Part shown: piece after piece, positions 11,170 through 21,052 of the stretch
Layout of the letters: the number at the start of each line of letters is the position of its first letter
How positions within the stretch are numbered: position 1 is the first letter of the stretch
Virus record (IMG/VR): IMGVR_UViG_3300037067_019009
Location: 1 to 64,000 of that record
Reading direction: 5' to 3' (one strand)
Length of the DNA: 64,000 nt
From: a virus
Taxonomy: Duplodnaviria > Caudoviricetes
Notes under the pieces: model-generated
The model's database searches: none
What the model was told of the DNA's origin: nothing
What the model saw: only the letters and a program-made list of their open reading frames with translations
Translations under genes and position numbers: made by a program

Positions 11170-13136
11170 GTGTTTGTTCATGACCACATATTAAATTTGC
11201 ACGAAAGAAAGGCTCAAGACGCTGTAACTCGCCTGGCCGCGTTAGTCGACTCGAGTGGGGTAGGTAATGACGTAGAACTGCTGCAGAAAGTATCGGAAGA
11301 ATACACTACCTTTTATAATAACCTTGCGAAGCCCACGATTACCCCCGAACCAATGGTAAAGGATGGCCTGCTTTATATTTCCGCTATCCGTGACCCACTG
11401 ATAGAGTTGAGCGCCGATCTCGATTCCGGGTATACACAGTTATCCAGACTATCCGACGCGGCCACTATGCTTATAAATATGTCCATAGCCAAGAGAAGCG
11501 GCCTATCTGACTTGATGGAGGAAGCTTATGCGGCGGTAGATGCAGTAAAGCTTTGGGCATCAGATTCAGACCCAGATTTCCAGTATACCAGCAACACATT
11601 CAAAAGTACACAGTATATTAATCAGGCTTCTACTACGGCGCGGGTTTCTACGACTTCCGGCATAGCAACACTAGCTGTCGAAGCTGAATCTACGTTGGTC
11701 GATAACATAGTAAGTATAGTCCTTACGCACTCGACTTCCCAGCAGCTCTACGCTTCAGGCCTACCGGGAAATACGCTGGAAGTATCGAATATCGGATGGA
11801 ATACTAACCCGGAAGAAACTCCAGAACCTGTTAATCCGACGTTCATCGGAGCTTCCCACACGGAATCGTCTAACCTGGCAAGTATGTTCGACAGCAATCC
11901 TTCTACTTGGTTTGAATGGGAAAAGTATCTAGTGCCATCTATGCAAAAACTGACTGCCGCCGGTAACGCTTATGTGTGCGGTTCTGGCGGCGCCGGTACT
12001 CAAGTATTCGGGGAAGAGTCATTACCAAAAACTACGGGTGGTATTATACTATAAGGTGGCCGGGTGATAGCGCGGGAACAGAATCCAAACATTGGATAGC
12101 CACGCCTTGGAACAATTATACGGTTCGTCCCGATGGGGATAAAAACGCCCTAAGGCTTGAGCTGCTCATCACGCTGAAAGAACCAAGTCCACTTAGCTGG
12201 ATGGAAATAGTTCCCTACCTTCCCGCCTCTCCAGCTGGAGGTAACACATCGCCAGCCAGAGTGACCGAGGTTTTAGTCAGTACTGACGGTACCAGCAACT
12301 GGGTCAATTTGATTAAAACTCGAGACGGTATCTATCTTGCGCCTGATATCCGACAGCCAATAAATGATATAGAAGAGGGCCTTCCAGTAAAAGACCACAC
12401 AGGCACGGCCGTAATTCCATGCGGCGTGACGGAAGTTAAGGCCATTAAGCTAGTCATAATACAAGACACTCCATATCTGACTAAGATCGGTCACCCATTC
12501 TATATAAAAACTTCGCAGGTAGTAGACAAGAAGAAAGGCCTTTTCGGCACAAAGACTCGTACCTGGTACGAGTACCAACGGGTGCCTAATGAAGAAGCGC
12601 AGACTATTTATTCGGAGGGAACCTCTACCGCCGAGGGCCTACTCGGAGCCGGACTTGGGGCATGGCTTATTGGTGGAGCGGTCGGGGCCGTGATAGGCGG
12701 GATCTTCGGATTAGGTTCCCATTCCAAAACTATAACCGATGTAGAGATCTCTACATATTATGATATTTTAGAGGCCTACCGTTATTGCATAGGTATAAGG
12801 GAACTTGGCCTATACAACAGAGTATACGCGGAGACCGGCACCATAGTTTCGAAGGCGCACGTGTTCAAAACGCCAGTACGGTCGCTGTCCTTGATCGTTG
12901 GTGAGGAAATTCCAGCCAGTTGGGATAGGGGCACCAAGTGGCTGACATATCAACTGTCGGCGGATGGCATTGTGTGGTACGACGTTGTTCCACAAAACGC
13001 GGGTGAAACTGATTCGACGGTCGTTACTCTTCCCGAGCTAACCAATTCAGTTTATGTGCGTATAATCTTGAAGCGCCCACCAGATACTCCCACTGATAGT
13101 CCAGTAGTGAACTATTATGCGGTGAAAGGAATATAG
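11170..13136 (+). CDS. Structural protein split into two frames (11170-12054 and 11976-13136), joined by a -1 shift near 12025-12031
   Basis: The N-half and C-half together reproduce the architecture of paralogues 7875, 13144 and 15643. An A5 run lies in the overlap. Confidence 0.6.
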
Positions 13137-13143
13137 CAACTAT

Positions 13144-15390
13144 ATGCTTTCCGAACGGCAAAAAAACAAAGTAACCAATTCAGTTATCGCTGGGTTGTTG
13201 AAAAGCGGAATCTATCCAACGTGGACTAAGATCCTTTCCGGCATTACCGCGGTAATGAGAGGAAAGTCATGGGGCAAGCCAACCGCTGCTCTTAGACCTG
13301 CTATACAGGGGTACAAGGTCGGCGGCCTAGACGGCAAAGACATAGAACGCACCTACGAAGAACTACGTAGTGATATGGAACTCTATACTGAGGCATCTGT
13401 GTCGCTTGCTGATACGATGTTGGTTACGTATGATACCTTTGAGGCTAAACTGTCCCTAATAAAGAGTAGGTTATCCAATCTGATTCAGTTGTCGCGTGGC
13501 GCGGTAGAAGCCTTTGTGAACGGAAGCTGGATCGTAATTCAAGATACGTTCAATACGAGCTCCAAAATAGACATGCTAAAAACGGACGCCGAAGTAAATC
13601 TGGATGCCGGTTACGTTACCTTGCCCACGTCTATGAAAGAGCTGATTCCACTAGGGGCAAACAGCATACGAGTAGATAAAGAAGAGTACCCGGGAGACGG
13701 GCTGCATGGAAACCTCATGAGTGCCCTCTCTGACGCGTCTAATACCGCGTGGTACGCTTCTCTAGGAGGAGGGACGTTTGCCGGAACATTTAGTTTCTTG
13801 GGAGAAGATGGAGCCACTAAGACGACCATGTTGAACGGCATTTACGTTGACCCCCTAACCCCGCTGACGATAATAATACAGTATTCTTCAGACGGCTATA
13901 ACTTTACCGACCTTACTCCTGCTGAGAAGATTTATCAGGCAAAGACATGGAACTTCGGTAACGTCGATGCTTGCTCCCTGCGTATTATGGTTTCTGGTAA
14001 GTCTGTAGGAATACGGCGTATACAGCCTCTCCGGGCTGGGTATGCTAATAAGGCCACTCTATATTCTAGTAGTATGATGGCCGCCGATATTTCCAACAAA
14101 CCTGTGCCGATAGAGACAGTGAAGTTGTCTGTTGAGGCAGACCTTCCCGCCGGAACTAACATATCTTATAAAGTAGCTCCGGTGACCACGGAGGGTAAGG
14201 TAGGAACCTTTGTCAGCTTAGACACAAACCCAATTACACTCAGTCAAGCGAGTACAAAAACATTTTCTGTCAAGACCGTAAAAGCCGACAATGCAAGTGC
14301 GACCAGAAAGTTTTACGTAGCGTGGCTTGCGGCATCATCCGGTATTCCTATGCTCTCTACTGGAGAACTGACCAGAGGAGCCAACCAGATTTACGCTGAC
14401 TACACTAACTATAATTGGGAGAGCGACGAGGGTAGTCTGGTCCATCTGCCTTATGCCGCGGATTGGAGCCGATTACCGACAGCCACATCCGGCTATTTCA
14501 GAACATTACCCTATGAGGTAGGAGAGGACCCGCTGCTGGATGGGGAGAGGCCGTTTGGATCTAATGCCTCGTCGTCTTACAAGGGGATGTTATACCAAGC
14601 GGATCAGGTCTATCCAGACTTGCCGGTAGGATCTACAGTTTCTTCAGTAGAACAGCAGAAGTGGTTAGGAATAGCGGTCCGTTGTTCCGGGGCATACGTA
14701 ATGAACCCGTACGGAAACTACAGATTTACATTTTACATTTATATGCCCGAGGAAACAATCCTTACCAACCAGGCGTGCACGGTCCTAAACTTAGGAGGCA
14801 GCGCTTCAGGAGACACACCCATAGTTCCGGTCAGCGTCTATCTGAATGACGAGGCGGTGGCCACCTATTATAGTTGTTCCGCGAGCGCCATAACCAGCCC
14901 AACGCAGCTGGATTTCAAGGCCAACTACTCATTCAAAGCTGGGTGGAATAAGCTACAAATCTTAGTTTACGTAAGAACTGGCTTGGTGGATGGTATCGGT
15001 GATAACATTGGTATTCTGATTGAGCCTAATCCATTCAAGCTGGCTGCGGATAATCCGGCAATAAAGATACAGACGGATCCAGGATCGATGAAACGGGTAT
15101 CGGAATTTCAACTACGCAATACCGTGAAGTCTGGAGATATTGGGAGCTGGGCCTGGCTGGATAGAACTACTGGCACCTATCCTTACGGTGTCATGTTTAA
15201 TCACAACCCGACAACAATCACAGGAAAGTTGGATACTATAACTACTCCAGTAGCGCCAAGCCTACAACTCACGTATCGTCAAGATTCGGCAAATCACGCC
15301 AGGGGTCTTATATTCAGGGCCGATCTCGAGAAGGAGATAAGCAGCATGAATGTGCCTAAGTTATATTCATATAAACTGCATATAAACTAG
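13144..15390 (+). CDS. Structural protein (paralogue of 7875/11170/15643)
   Basis: Helical N-terminus, DTFN...IDMLKTDAEVNLDAGYVTLP, ALSDASNTAW, C-terminal PKLYSYKL. Confidence 0.55.
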   Translation: MLSERQKNKVTNSVIAGLLKSGIYPTWTKILSGITAVMRGKSWGKPTAALRPAIQGYKVGGLDGKDIERTYEELRSDMELYTEASVSLADTMLVTYDTFEAKLSLIKSRLSNLIQLSRGAVEAFVNGSWIVIQDTFNTSSKIDMLKTDAEVNLDAGYVTLPTSMKELIPLGANSIRVDKEEYPGDGLHGNLMSALSDASNTAWYASLGGGTFAGTFSFLGEDGATKTTMLNGIYVDPLTPLTIIIQYSSDGYNFTDLTPAEKIYQAKTWNFGNVDACSLRIMVSGKSVGIRRIQPLRAGYANKATLYSSSMMAADISNKPVPIETVKLSVEADLPAGTNISYKVAPVTTEGKVGTFVSLDTNPITLSQASTKTFSVKTVKADNASATRKFYVAWLAASSGIPMLSTGELTRGANQIYADYTNYNWESDEGSLVHLPYAADWSRLPTATSGYFRTLPYEVGEDPLLDGERPFGSNASSSYKGMLYQADQVYPDLPVGSTVSSVEQQKWLGIAVRCSGAYVMNPYGNYRFTFYIYMPEETILTNQACTVLNLGGSASGDTPIVPVSVYLNDEAVATYYSCSASAITSPTQLDFKANYSFKAGWNKLQILVYVRTGLVDGIGDNIGILIEPNPFKLAADNPAIKIQTDPGSMKRVSEFQLRNTVKSGDIGSWAWLDRTTGTYPYGVMFNHNPTTITGKLDTITTPVAPSLQLTYRQDSANHARGLIFRADLEKEISSMNVPKLYSYKLHIN

Positions 15391-15393
15391 TAT

Positions 15394-15639
15394 ATGTACA
15401 CACCAGATAATAATCATCGTTTTGCTGGGTGGAGAGAGTCTGTGAAATTGGTGACTCTTTCTAAGGGAGCTCTATCTGATATAGCCTACTTATCCAGAGC
15501 TTCATTATTCTTACAAGGAAAATATACCTTAGGGGTGGAGCCGCTTCTAGTGGATGGCAGTACCAATGTAATAGATCAGGCCCAGTCTACAGTACAACGC
15601 GCTCGGGTATTATTATCCTTTATACGGGAGGTTTCATAG
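15394..15639 (+). CDS. Small hypothetical structural-operon protein
   Basis: Fills the gap with 3-nt spacers to both neighbours. Confidence 0.5.
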   Translation: MYTPDNNHRFAGWRESVKLVTLSKGALSDIAYLSRASLFLQGKYTLGVEPLLVDGSTNVIDQAQSTVQRARVLLSFIREVS

Positions 15640-15642
15640 TAT

Positions 15643-16776
15643 ATGGGGACAGATATTTCATATCTCACAAGCCAAACAGTGCTTGAGACAGCCAACAACC
15701 CAACCATAAAATACGGGGGCCGATCCAGTTCCTCGGCGCTTAATACAATAGGTAATAACACCAGAGCAGATATTTTAGCTATTGCTACCAGACTGGATGA
15801 CATTACGACAGATATGGCACTGCTGCAGCAGCTGATGAGCGTACAGGCAGCTGCCCTACAAAGTCAGGTGTCAAGCCTGACAAGTTCGATCTCTCAAGCG
15901 ATCAGCGCCATGGTGGATTCTGATACCCTATACGTGGATATGTACTCCGATAGCCTGGTCACTGAGGACAGCACCGCTAATATAAATACTGTATATGGCC
16001 AAGCTACCCTCGGGGTACGGGCGGAGCAGGATAAACTTGTTTACGTTGATACCGAAGGCAGCGTGTGGATTCCTGATGCCAGCAGCATAAAGTATAGGTA
16101 CACTCTGAGTACGGCGGCCAGGTCTACTTCCAAGTCGGCCTACAAGAGTGGCGTCAACTATACATATGCCCTCGATAAGCGAGACGATACTACGTGGGCA
16201 CAAACAAGAACTAATCTTGCTACTCAAGAAGACATATGGATATACGTTCAAGTCCCGATAGAGACTCTTACTGAGGCATACGCGAATACTTTAATCCTCC
16301 ACCCATTTCCTGTGTTTACCCACAACCTGAAGGGGGCATGGTACTGCGACTATAATGGTACATGGAGGAGCATTGATCTAAGTTATCAACCCGGCTATGT
16401 GGTGGACACGAGTCTTGAATCCGGTGGCAGGGTAGACGCGTTCGGTAACACCAGGCTCTTTTTCGAGCCTGCGTATGTTTCTGCTGTTATTCTTCATATA
16501 GGAGGCAATGCGGCCCAGGCAACATGGGGGTTCACTGCAATAGAACTTAAAATGCTTGACTTCATGCCGAGCTCCACGTTAGAGGTAGACCTCTCTACCG
16601 TGATCCCAGCGGGGGCAACTCTTTCACCTTCCAGTACAGTGCTGCACGGAAAATATCCAGCGGAACTAGCACAACTGCCACTGACGATAGACGACAAGGT
16701 ATTATCTTACGCGATTGAGCAACATGTATCCGGGGTATCACCAGTAGTGGTAGGCATAGAAACATCATGGGTATAA
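15643..16776 (+). CDS. Structural protein with coiled coil (paralogue of 7875/11170/13144)
   Basis: Heptad segment, TANINTVYGQATL, ALDKRDDTTW, C-terminal SPVV. Confidence 0.55.
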   Translation: MGTDISYLTSQTVLETANNPTIKYGGRSSSSALNTIGNNTRADILAIATRLDDITTDMALLQQLMSVQAAALQSQVSSLTSSISQAISAMVDSDTLYVDMYSDSLVTEDSTANINTVYGQATLGVRAEQDKLVYVDTEGSVWIPDASSIKYRYTLSTAARSTSKSAYKSGVNYTYALDKRDDTTWAQTRTNLATQEDIWIYVQVPIETLTEAYANTLILHPFPVFTHNLKGAWYCDYNGTWRSIDLSYQPGYVVDTSLESGGRVDAFGNTRLFFEPAYVSAVILHIGGNAAQATWGFTAIELKMLDFMPSSTLEVDLSTVIPAGATLSPSSTVLHGKYPAELAQLPLTIDDKVLSYAIEQHVSGVSPVVVGIETSWV

Positions 16777-16795
16777 CTCTAAATAATTAGTGCTT

Positions 16796-16811
16796 ACTTG
16801 CCTATAATATA
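16796..16811 (+). promoter_or_regulatory. Promoter-like motif ACTTGCCTATAATATA (copy 1)
   Basis: Contains TATAAT. An identical 16-mer lies at 17499-17514; both are intergenic and upstream of an SD and ATG. Confidence 0.65.
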
Positions 16812-16870
16812 AAGTGGAGCGCACATCCTGATAAAAGTGCGGCGAGATTCCAACCGCTAAGGAGATTAAT

Positions 16871-17473
16871 ATGGAACAAAAAACAGAGATCAAAAGAAAC
16901 ACCAAAATTACTCGTATCGACACTAAGGGAAAGATCCTCGACTTTTCCGACATGATGGACATCAAGAAGAAAGACGAGGCCCTAAAAGAAGGAAAAATAG
17001 TTCTAAACTTTACCGAGTACGATACCACCACCAATAGGAGCAAGGGAAGAATTACTTACTATCTAGACGCGGCTAAGGCCAGGGTAGTCTTCGATGACAT
17101 ACTTAATGGAAGGTTTTATCCCGATGCTCAAGGTCACTATACGCTACTCAATGACTACGGTGGGGGGACCGGATCTGCTGCCGGCCACGAGGAGTGGCCA
17201 TGGTGTTGGAGACACCTGGAGATAACCTACAACACGAAAGACTCCGCGGGTAACGCGCTCAAAACTGGTCCGTCTATACGGTTCGCGTTTGAGATAAGCG
17301 AAGGCCTGAAGATGGAGTTAGGGCAGTTTTCGCCAAAGCCGGGAGCAGAAAAGACACGGTTTTTCATCCAGGCCCCGACATCTAACGTTCGCATTTCTAG
17401 TGCAGCCGTGTTGGCTTACATACAAGCAAAGCTTTCTGCTTGGGTACTAGCAAATACTGATCTAACAGAATAG
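16871..17473 (+). CDS. Hypothetical protein
   Basis: SD (AAGGAG) and its own promoter motif. Confidence 0.7.
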   Translation: MEQKTEIKRNTKITRIDTKGKILDFSDMMDIKKKDEALKEGKIVLNFTEYDTTTNRSKGRITYYLDAAKARVVFDDILNGRFYPDAQGHYTLLNDYGGGTGSAAGHEEWPWCWRHLEITYNTKDSAGNALKTGPSIRFAFEISEGLKMELGQFSPKPGAEKTRFFIQAPTSNVRISSAAVLAYIQAKLSAWVLANTDLTE

Positions 17474-17498
17474 CCACTTAGTATAATTTTCTCATCCA

Positions 17499-17514
17499 AC
17501 TTGCCTATAATATA
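17499..17514 (+). promoter_or_regulatory. Promoter-like motif ACTTGCCTATAATATA (copy 2)
   Basis: Identical to 16796-16811. Confidence 0.65.
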
Positions 17515-17555
17515 TTATGTCCGGACGCTAACTGGGCATTTTATGGGGAGGTTGG

Positions 17556-18224
17556 ATGAGACCCGCGACTAAAGACGAGCTTCGAATACTTACCACTTTT
17601 TATCGTACTGCTGGGTTAAACCTTGGGCTGTTCGATAGAGCAACCCGGGGGCTGATTCCCGAGGCGCAAACAGATCCAAGGTTTGTTAAGAACTTGGAAA
17701 TTCTTCGTGAGATGAAGAAAGCTCGAAGGAACGACGTAGAGGCTTCCTGTAGAGCTGCGCTCAAGAATAACATTAGGTGTATGTGGATATCTGATGTTCC
17801 TTCAATAGCTGATGGACTCGATATGGCTACCAATCTATTGACCGACTCTACCGTCGGGCTGCACAGGTTACTACAAACAGTAGAGGTTCCAGCGGTCAGG
17901 ATGGAATTCGGGTCAGACAAAACTACGGAAGCGCTTGAGGAACCGACTGTTACACGTGTAGAGGAATTCACTCTAGAGCTACTGTTAGATACATTCGCTA
18001 GTGCTTTTAGCATAAGCAGAAGCACTGATCGTGATAAGATCTGGGCTGGAGCTTTTGACTACCTGTTAAGATCTTACTCACTCGATGTTATTCTATTCGC
18101 AATCGATTTTGCAATTGACTCGGATGATTATCCACAGTCACCACTTGACTTGCAGGGCGAGTATATAGCGGAAGCTGAGGCTTATGTGAAAGATATTCAG
18201 GGGAGGGGTAATGGAAGGCAGTAA
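17556..18224 (+). CDS. Hypothetical protein upstream of helicase (possible replication initiator/loader)
   Basis: GGAGG SD and overlap with the dnaB start. Function inferred from position only. Confidence 0.5.
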   Translation: MRPATKDELRILTTFYRTAGLNLGLFDRATRGLIPEAQTDPRFVKNLEILREMKKARRNDVEASCRAALKNNIRCMWISDVPSIADGLDMATNLLTDSTVGLHRLLQTVEVPAVRMEFGSDKTTEALEEPTVTRVEEFTLELLLDTFASAFSISRSTDRDKIWAGAFDYLLRSYSLDVILFAIDFAIDSDDYPQSPLDLQGEYIAEAEAYVKDIQGRGNGRQ

Positions 18225-19596
18225 TCTTTCGCTTCCTGACGTAAGGCAGAGGGCAAGAGACGTCTACATATCGGATCTAGGCAACCCGGAAAAGTTTATA
18301 GACTTCGGCAGCCCACTACTCAATGAGGCTTTCCTTGGCCTGGACTCTGGCGTCTTCCTGGTGGCTGGTCCGCCGAACTTCGGTAAGTGTCTTGCTAAAG
18401 GTACTAAGGTTTCCCTTAATGGCGGTAAGGCCAAAGCTATAGACGGCATGCGGCGAAGCAGTGACGTAGTCACAGTAAATACTGCTGCAATGTGCTTGAC
18501 CACAAAGATGGCCAGCCCAGTAGTCTGTAGTGGTAAGCATAAATGCTGGAAGCTTAGGACGATTTTGGGAGACGAGATAACTGCCACCAAAGATCATCCA
18601 TTCCTTACTCTTCGTGGCTGGGTACCTCTAATAGAACTCAGATCTGATGACAGAATAGCTGTAGTCGATGAAGGTTTTATTACGTGGAGACTTATGGAAG
18701 GCCGGTCTTATGTCGGGGTATGTGACACCTACGATATAGAGGTTCCAGACACCCACAACTTTATAGCTAACGGGTTCGTTGTACATAACAGTACTGTTGT
18801 GCGCTGTCTGTATCAGCAGGTCATAGTTAATTCTCCTGACCGAGTAGTGCTCGACTTATCACTGGACGACGATTTCAGTGAGAGGGTCAGATTTGCTGTA
18901 GCTTCCATGGCTAAGATCCCTATAAACTGGGTCAAACTGCCTCATGGTATACCAGACGAGGCCAAAGAGGCACGTAACCTGGGGTACAAAGCATGGAATG
19001 ACAGTATAGCTCCGAGGCTTACGATAATAGATGAGACCGACTTCGATGGGGCAGCCAACAAACTTTCTACTATTAGGGCGGCTATAGAGATTTGGACAAG
19101 TAATTTGCCATCTAGTGCTAAACCTCTAATCGTGATAGATGGTTTTCACAACATAGAGGTGGACGACGCGTTTGGCATGAAGGACCTTGAGAAACAGGTC
19201 TACTTGTCCTCAGCTCTAAAACATATAGCTGCTATGACTAAGTCTATTATCTTAGCCACATGCCACATCCCTAAGCAGAGAGCGCGAAGAGGATTAGACC
19301 ACACTGCGGTAAAAGGAGCAGGCAACACCGGCTATGATGCTAAGGTTATAGCTAATATCTATTCGGACTATAAGGCCAATAGAAACAACGCTAGCGTGTA
19401 TTTCGACGCCTACCTTCAGCATGAGCCAGAGCTAAGAAAAAGGCAGCCAGTCATAGAGCTGGACGTTAGGAAGAATAAGGCTGGAGACTTCTCTGACGTG
19501 ATTTTCTTCCGGCACTACCCGGAGTATTCCTATGTTGAAGAGGCTCCGGATAACTTTCAAAAACTGTGGAGACAGACGATTTACGGAGGAGACTAG
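18211..19596 (+). CDS. dnaB: DnaB-like replicative helicase containing an intein
   Basis: Walker A GPPNFGK/S (interrupted), LSLDD, Walker B IVIDG, KGAG..GYDAKVI, VRKNKAG. Confidence 0.85.
   Translation: MEGSNLSLPDVRQRARDVYISDLGNPEKFIDFGSPLLNEAFLGLDSGVFLVAGPPNFGKCLAKGTKVSLNGGKAKAIDGMRRSSDVVTVNTAAMCLTTKMASPVVCSGKHKCWKLRTILGDEITATKDHPFLTLRGWVPLIELRSDDRIAVVDEGFITWRLMEGRSYVGVCDTYDIEVPDTHNFIANGFVVHNSTVVRCLYQQVIVNSPDRVVLDLSLDDDFSERVRFAVASMAKIPINWVKLPHGIPDEAKEARNLGYKAWNDSIAPRLTIIDETDFDGAANKLSTIRAAIEIWTSNLPSSAKPLIVIDGFHNIEVDDAFGMKDLEKQVYLSSALKHIAAMTKSIILATCHIPKQRARRGLDHTAVKGAGNTGYDAKVIANIYSDYKANRNNASVYFDAYLQHEPELRKRQPVIELDVRKNKAGDFSDVIFFRHYPEYSYVEEAPDNFQKLWRQTIYGGD
18388..18789 (+). mobile_element. 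Mini-intein (134 aa, no homing endonuclease) in the helicase P-loop
   Basis: Starts CLAKGT, block B TKDHPFLT, block F YDIEV..THNFIANG, ends VVHN followed by Ser. Removal restores GKS. Confidence 0.92.
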
Positions 19597-19599
19597 AGA

Positions 19600-19920
19600 A
19601 TGGAACAGTATACATTGACATTGGTGGCATGCGTTGGCGTGCCGGTAATAGCCGCTTTTATTACTAGGTGGTTTGTAAAGAGAGGAACCATAAAGCTTCC
19701 GGCGGAGTACATAGAGATCCTGAACAAGTTCACATGGGATAATCTTGTCGATGCTTATAGAGAAGCTGATACCAAAGCGGCCGATAGCACTAAGCGCACA
19801 GCATTTGCCTCGATTATTCAGAAGCTGGCCAAGGATAGACTAGGTTACGAATTATCAGACCACACCCTGAACTTCATACGAGAGTACGTAGTCGCCCTCT
19901 GTAAGTTGGATGAAAGCTAA
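19600..19920 (+). CDS. Putative holin (LL-H-like)
   Basis: Single N-terminal TM helix followed by a charged helical domain resembling LL-H family holins. Confidence 0.4.
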   Translation: MEQYTLTLVACVGVPVIAAFITRWFVKRGTIKLPAEYIEILNKFTWDNLVDAYREADTKAADSTKRTAFASIIQKLAKDRLGYELSDHTLNFIREYVVALCKLDES

Positions 19921-19922
19921 AC

Positions 19923-20672
19923 GTGATGCCTTTTCTTCAGTTCGTAAAAACCTATCGTAAGACGCTCATTGTCATGGTAATCATACTCGCGGCTATACTG
20001 CTAGGCAGGATGTTCGATGTGAGTAAACCAGTGCTCGTTAACAAAGCTGCAGAAAAGGCAACCACAACAAAAAGTGCATCGGAGGAGACTACTAGCAATA
20101 GCAAAATATATGAAGTACATGAAAATACTACAGTGGCTGGGGTGACTGCCAAAGCCAAAGTAGTCAACAAAGACAAGAACATAACCAAAGTAACTACAAC
20201 TACCGAATATGACCCTACGACGGGGACCAAGATAAAAGAAACAACAGAGAACGTTGTTGTTACAAACAAAATTATAGTAGAGGATAAGGAAAGTAGCAGC
20301 TCGATCACAAATGATGTCAAATCCGCAAAGACTATCGAGACTTCCAACACTACGAAAGATTCAACTACTGAAGCAACAACTTCCGAGAAGACGACGGAAG
20401 TATACGAAGAGCCACAGAAAAATTCTCGATTCGGGGTAGCCATGGCTTACCCGGCTGGTACATTGGCTACTTATGATGTGGTTAAATTGGGAGATCTATC
20501 ATTATCCGCGACTGCTAGTATCGACGTAAAACAGCATAAACTATCCGGCGTTGGAGCAGCGGCTCTAGTAGACATTGCAAAAGAGGGCCGATATTACGCG
20601 GGAGTTTACGGAGAGTACAAACTACAGAAACACTCAGCCGAGGTGGGAGTTTGTGCGGGAGTAAGATTTTAA
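19923..20672 (+). CDS. Membrane-anchored protein with Thr/Lys-rich linker and C-terminal amphipathic beta-strands (spanin candidate)
   Basis: TM helix LIVMVIILAAILLG; ends RYYAGVYGEY...AEVGVCAGVRF. Confidence 0.5.
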   Translation: MMPFLQFVKTYRKTLIVMVIILAAILLGRMFDVSKPVLVNKAAEKATTTKSASEETTSNSKIYEVHENTTVAGVTAKAKVVNKDKNITKVTTTTEYDPTTGTKIKETTENVVVTNKIIVEDKESSSSITNDVKSAKTIETSNTTKDSTTEATTSEKTTEVYEEPQKNSRFGVAMAYPAGTLATYDVVKLGDLSLSATASIDVKQHKLSGVGAAALVDIAKEGRYYAGVYGEYKLQKHSAEVGVCAGVRF

Positions 20673-20686
20673 GGGGGTTACAATAA

Positions 20687-21052
20687 GTGAAGCAGTTACG
20701 ATCTCTGCTTTGTAATGATGCCGTTATGGAGTATGCACTTTCCGTTCCCAGAGTCAGTGTCTCTATTCTTGTTAAAGATGAACCTTTAAAAAGATTGTTG
20801 GCTATAGCGAGGGATGTGGGTTGGGGGAACCTCGAGTACATGAACCTGAGGGACTGCGCCATTAAGCTAGTTAACGGCTCAAGTATCAGAGTCATAGAAA
20901 GTCCTTGGGGTGAGGAAATTACCCTAACACAGCACTATTCTGGCGGTGATATCAAATTAGTCGCAGCGCCTAACGAGAACGCGAATAAGGAGATGCTAGC
21001 TACACTAGGCAGAAGAGGATATCTCGCAGAGTTAAAGGAGCAGGTAAACTAA
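20687..21052 (+). CDS. Hypothetical protein
   Basis: Operonic ORF. Confidence 0.55.
   Translation: MKQLRSLLCNDAVMEYALSVPRVSVSILVKDEPLKRLLAIARDVGWGNLEYMNLRDCAIKLVNGSSIRVIESPWGEEITLTQHYSGGDIKLVAAPNENANKEMLATLGRRGYLAELKEQVN

Noticed and set aside
1945-16776. Apparent lack of Shine-Dalgarno sites in the structural operon
   Set aside because: Several starts do have GAGG, AAGGA or GGAGG within the preceding gene end, and tight coupling explains the rest.
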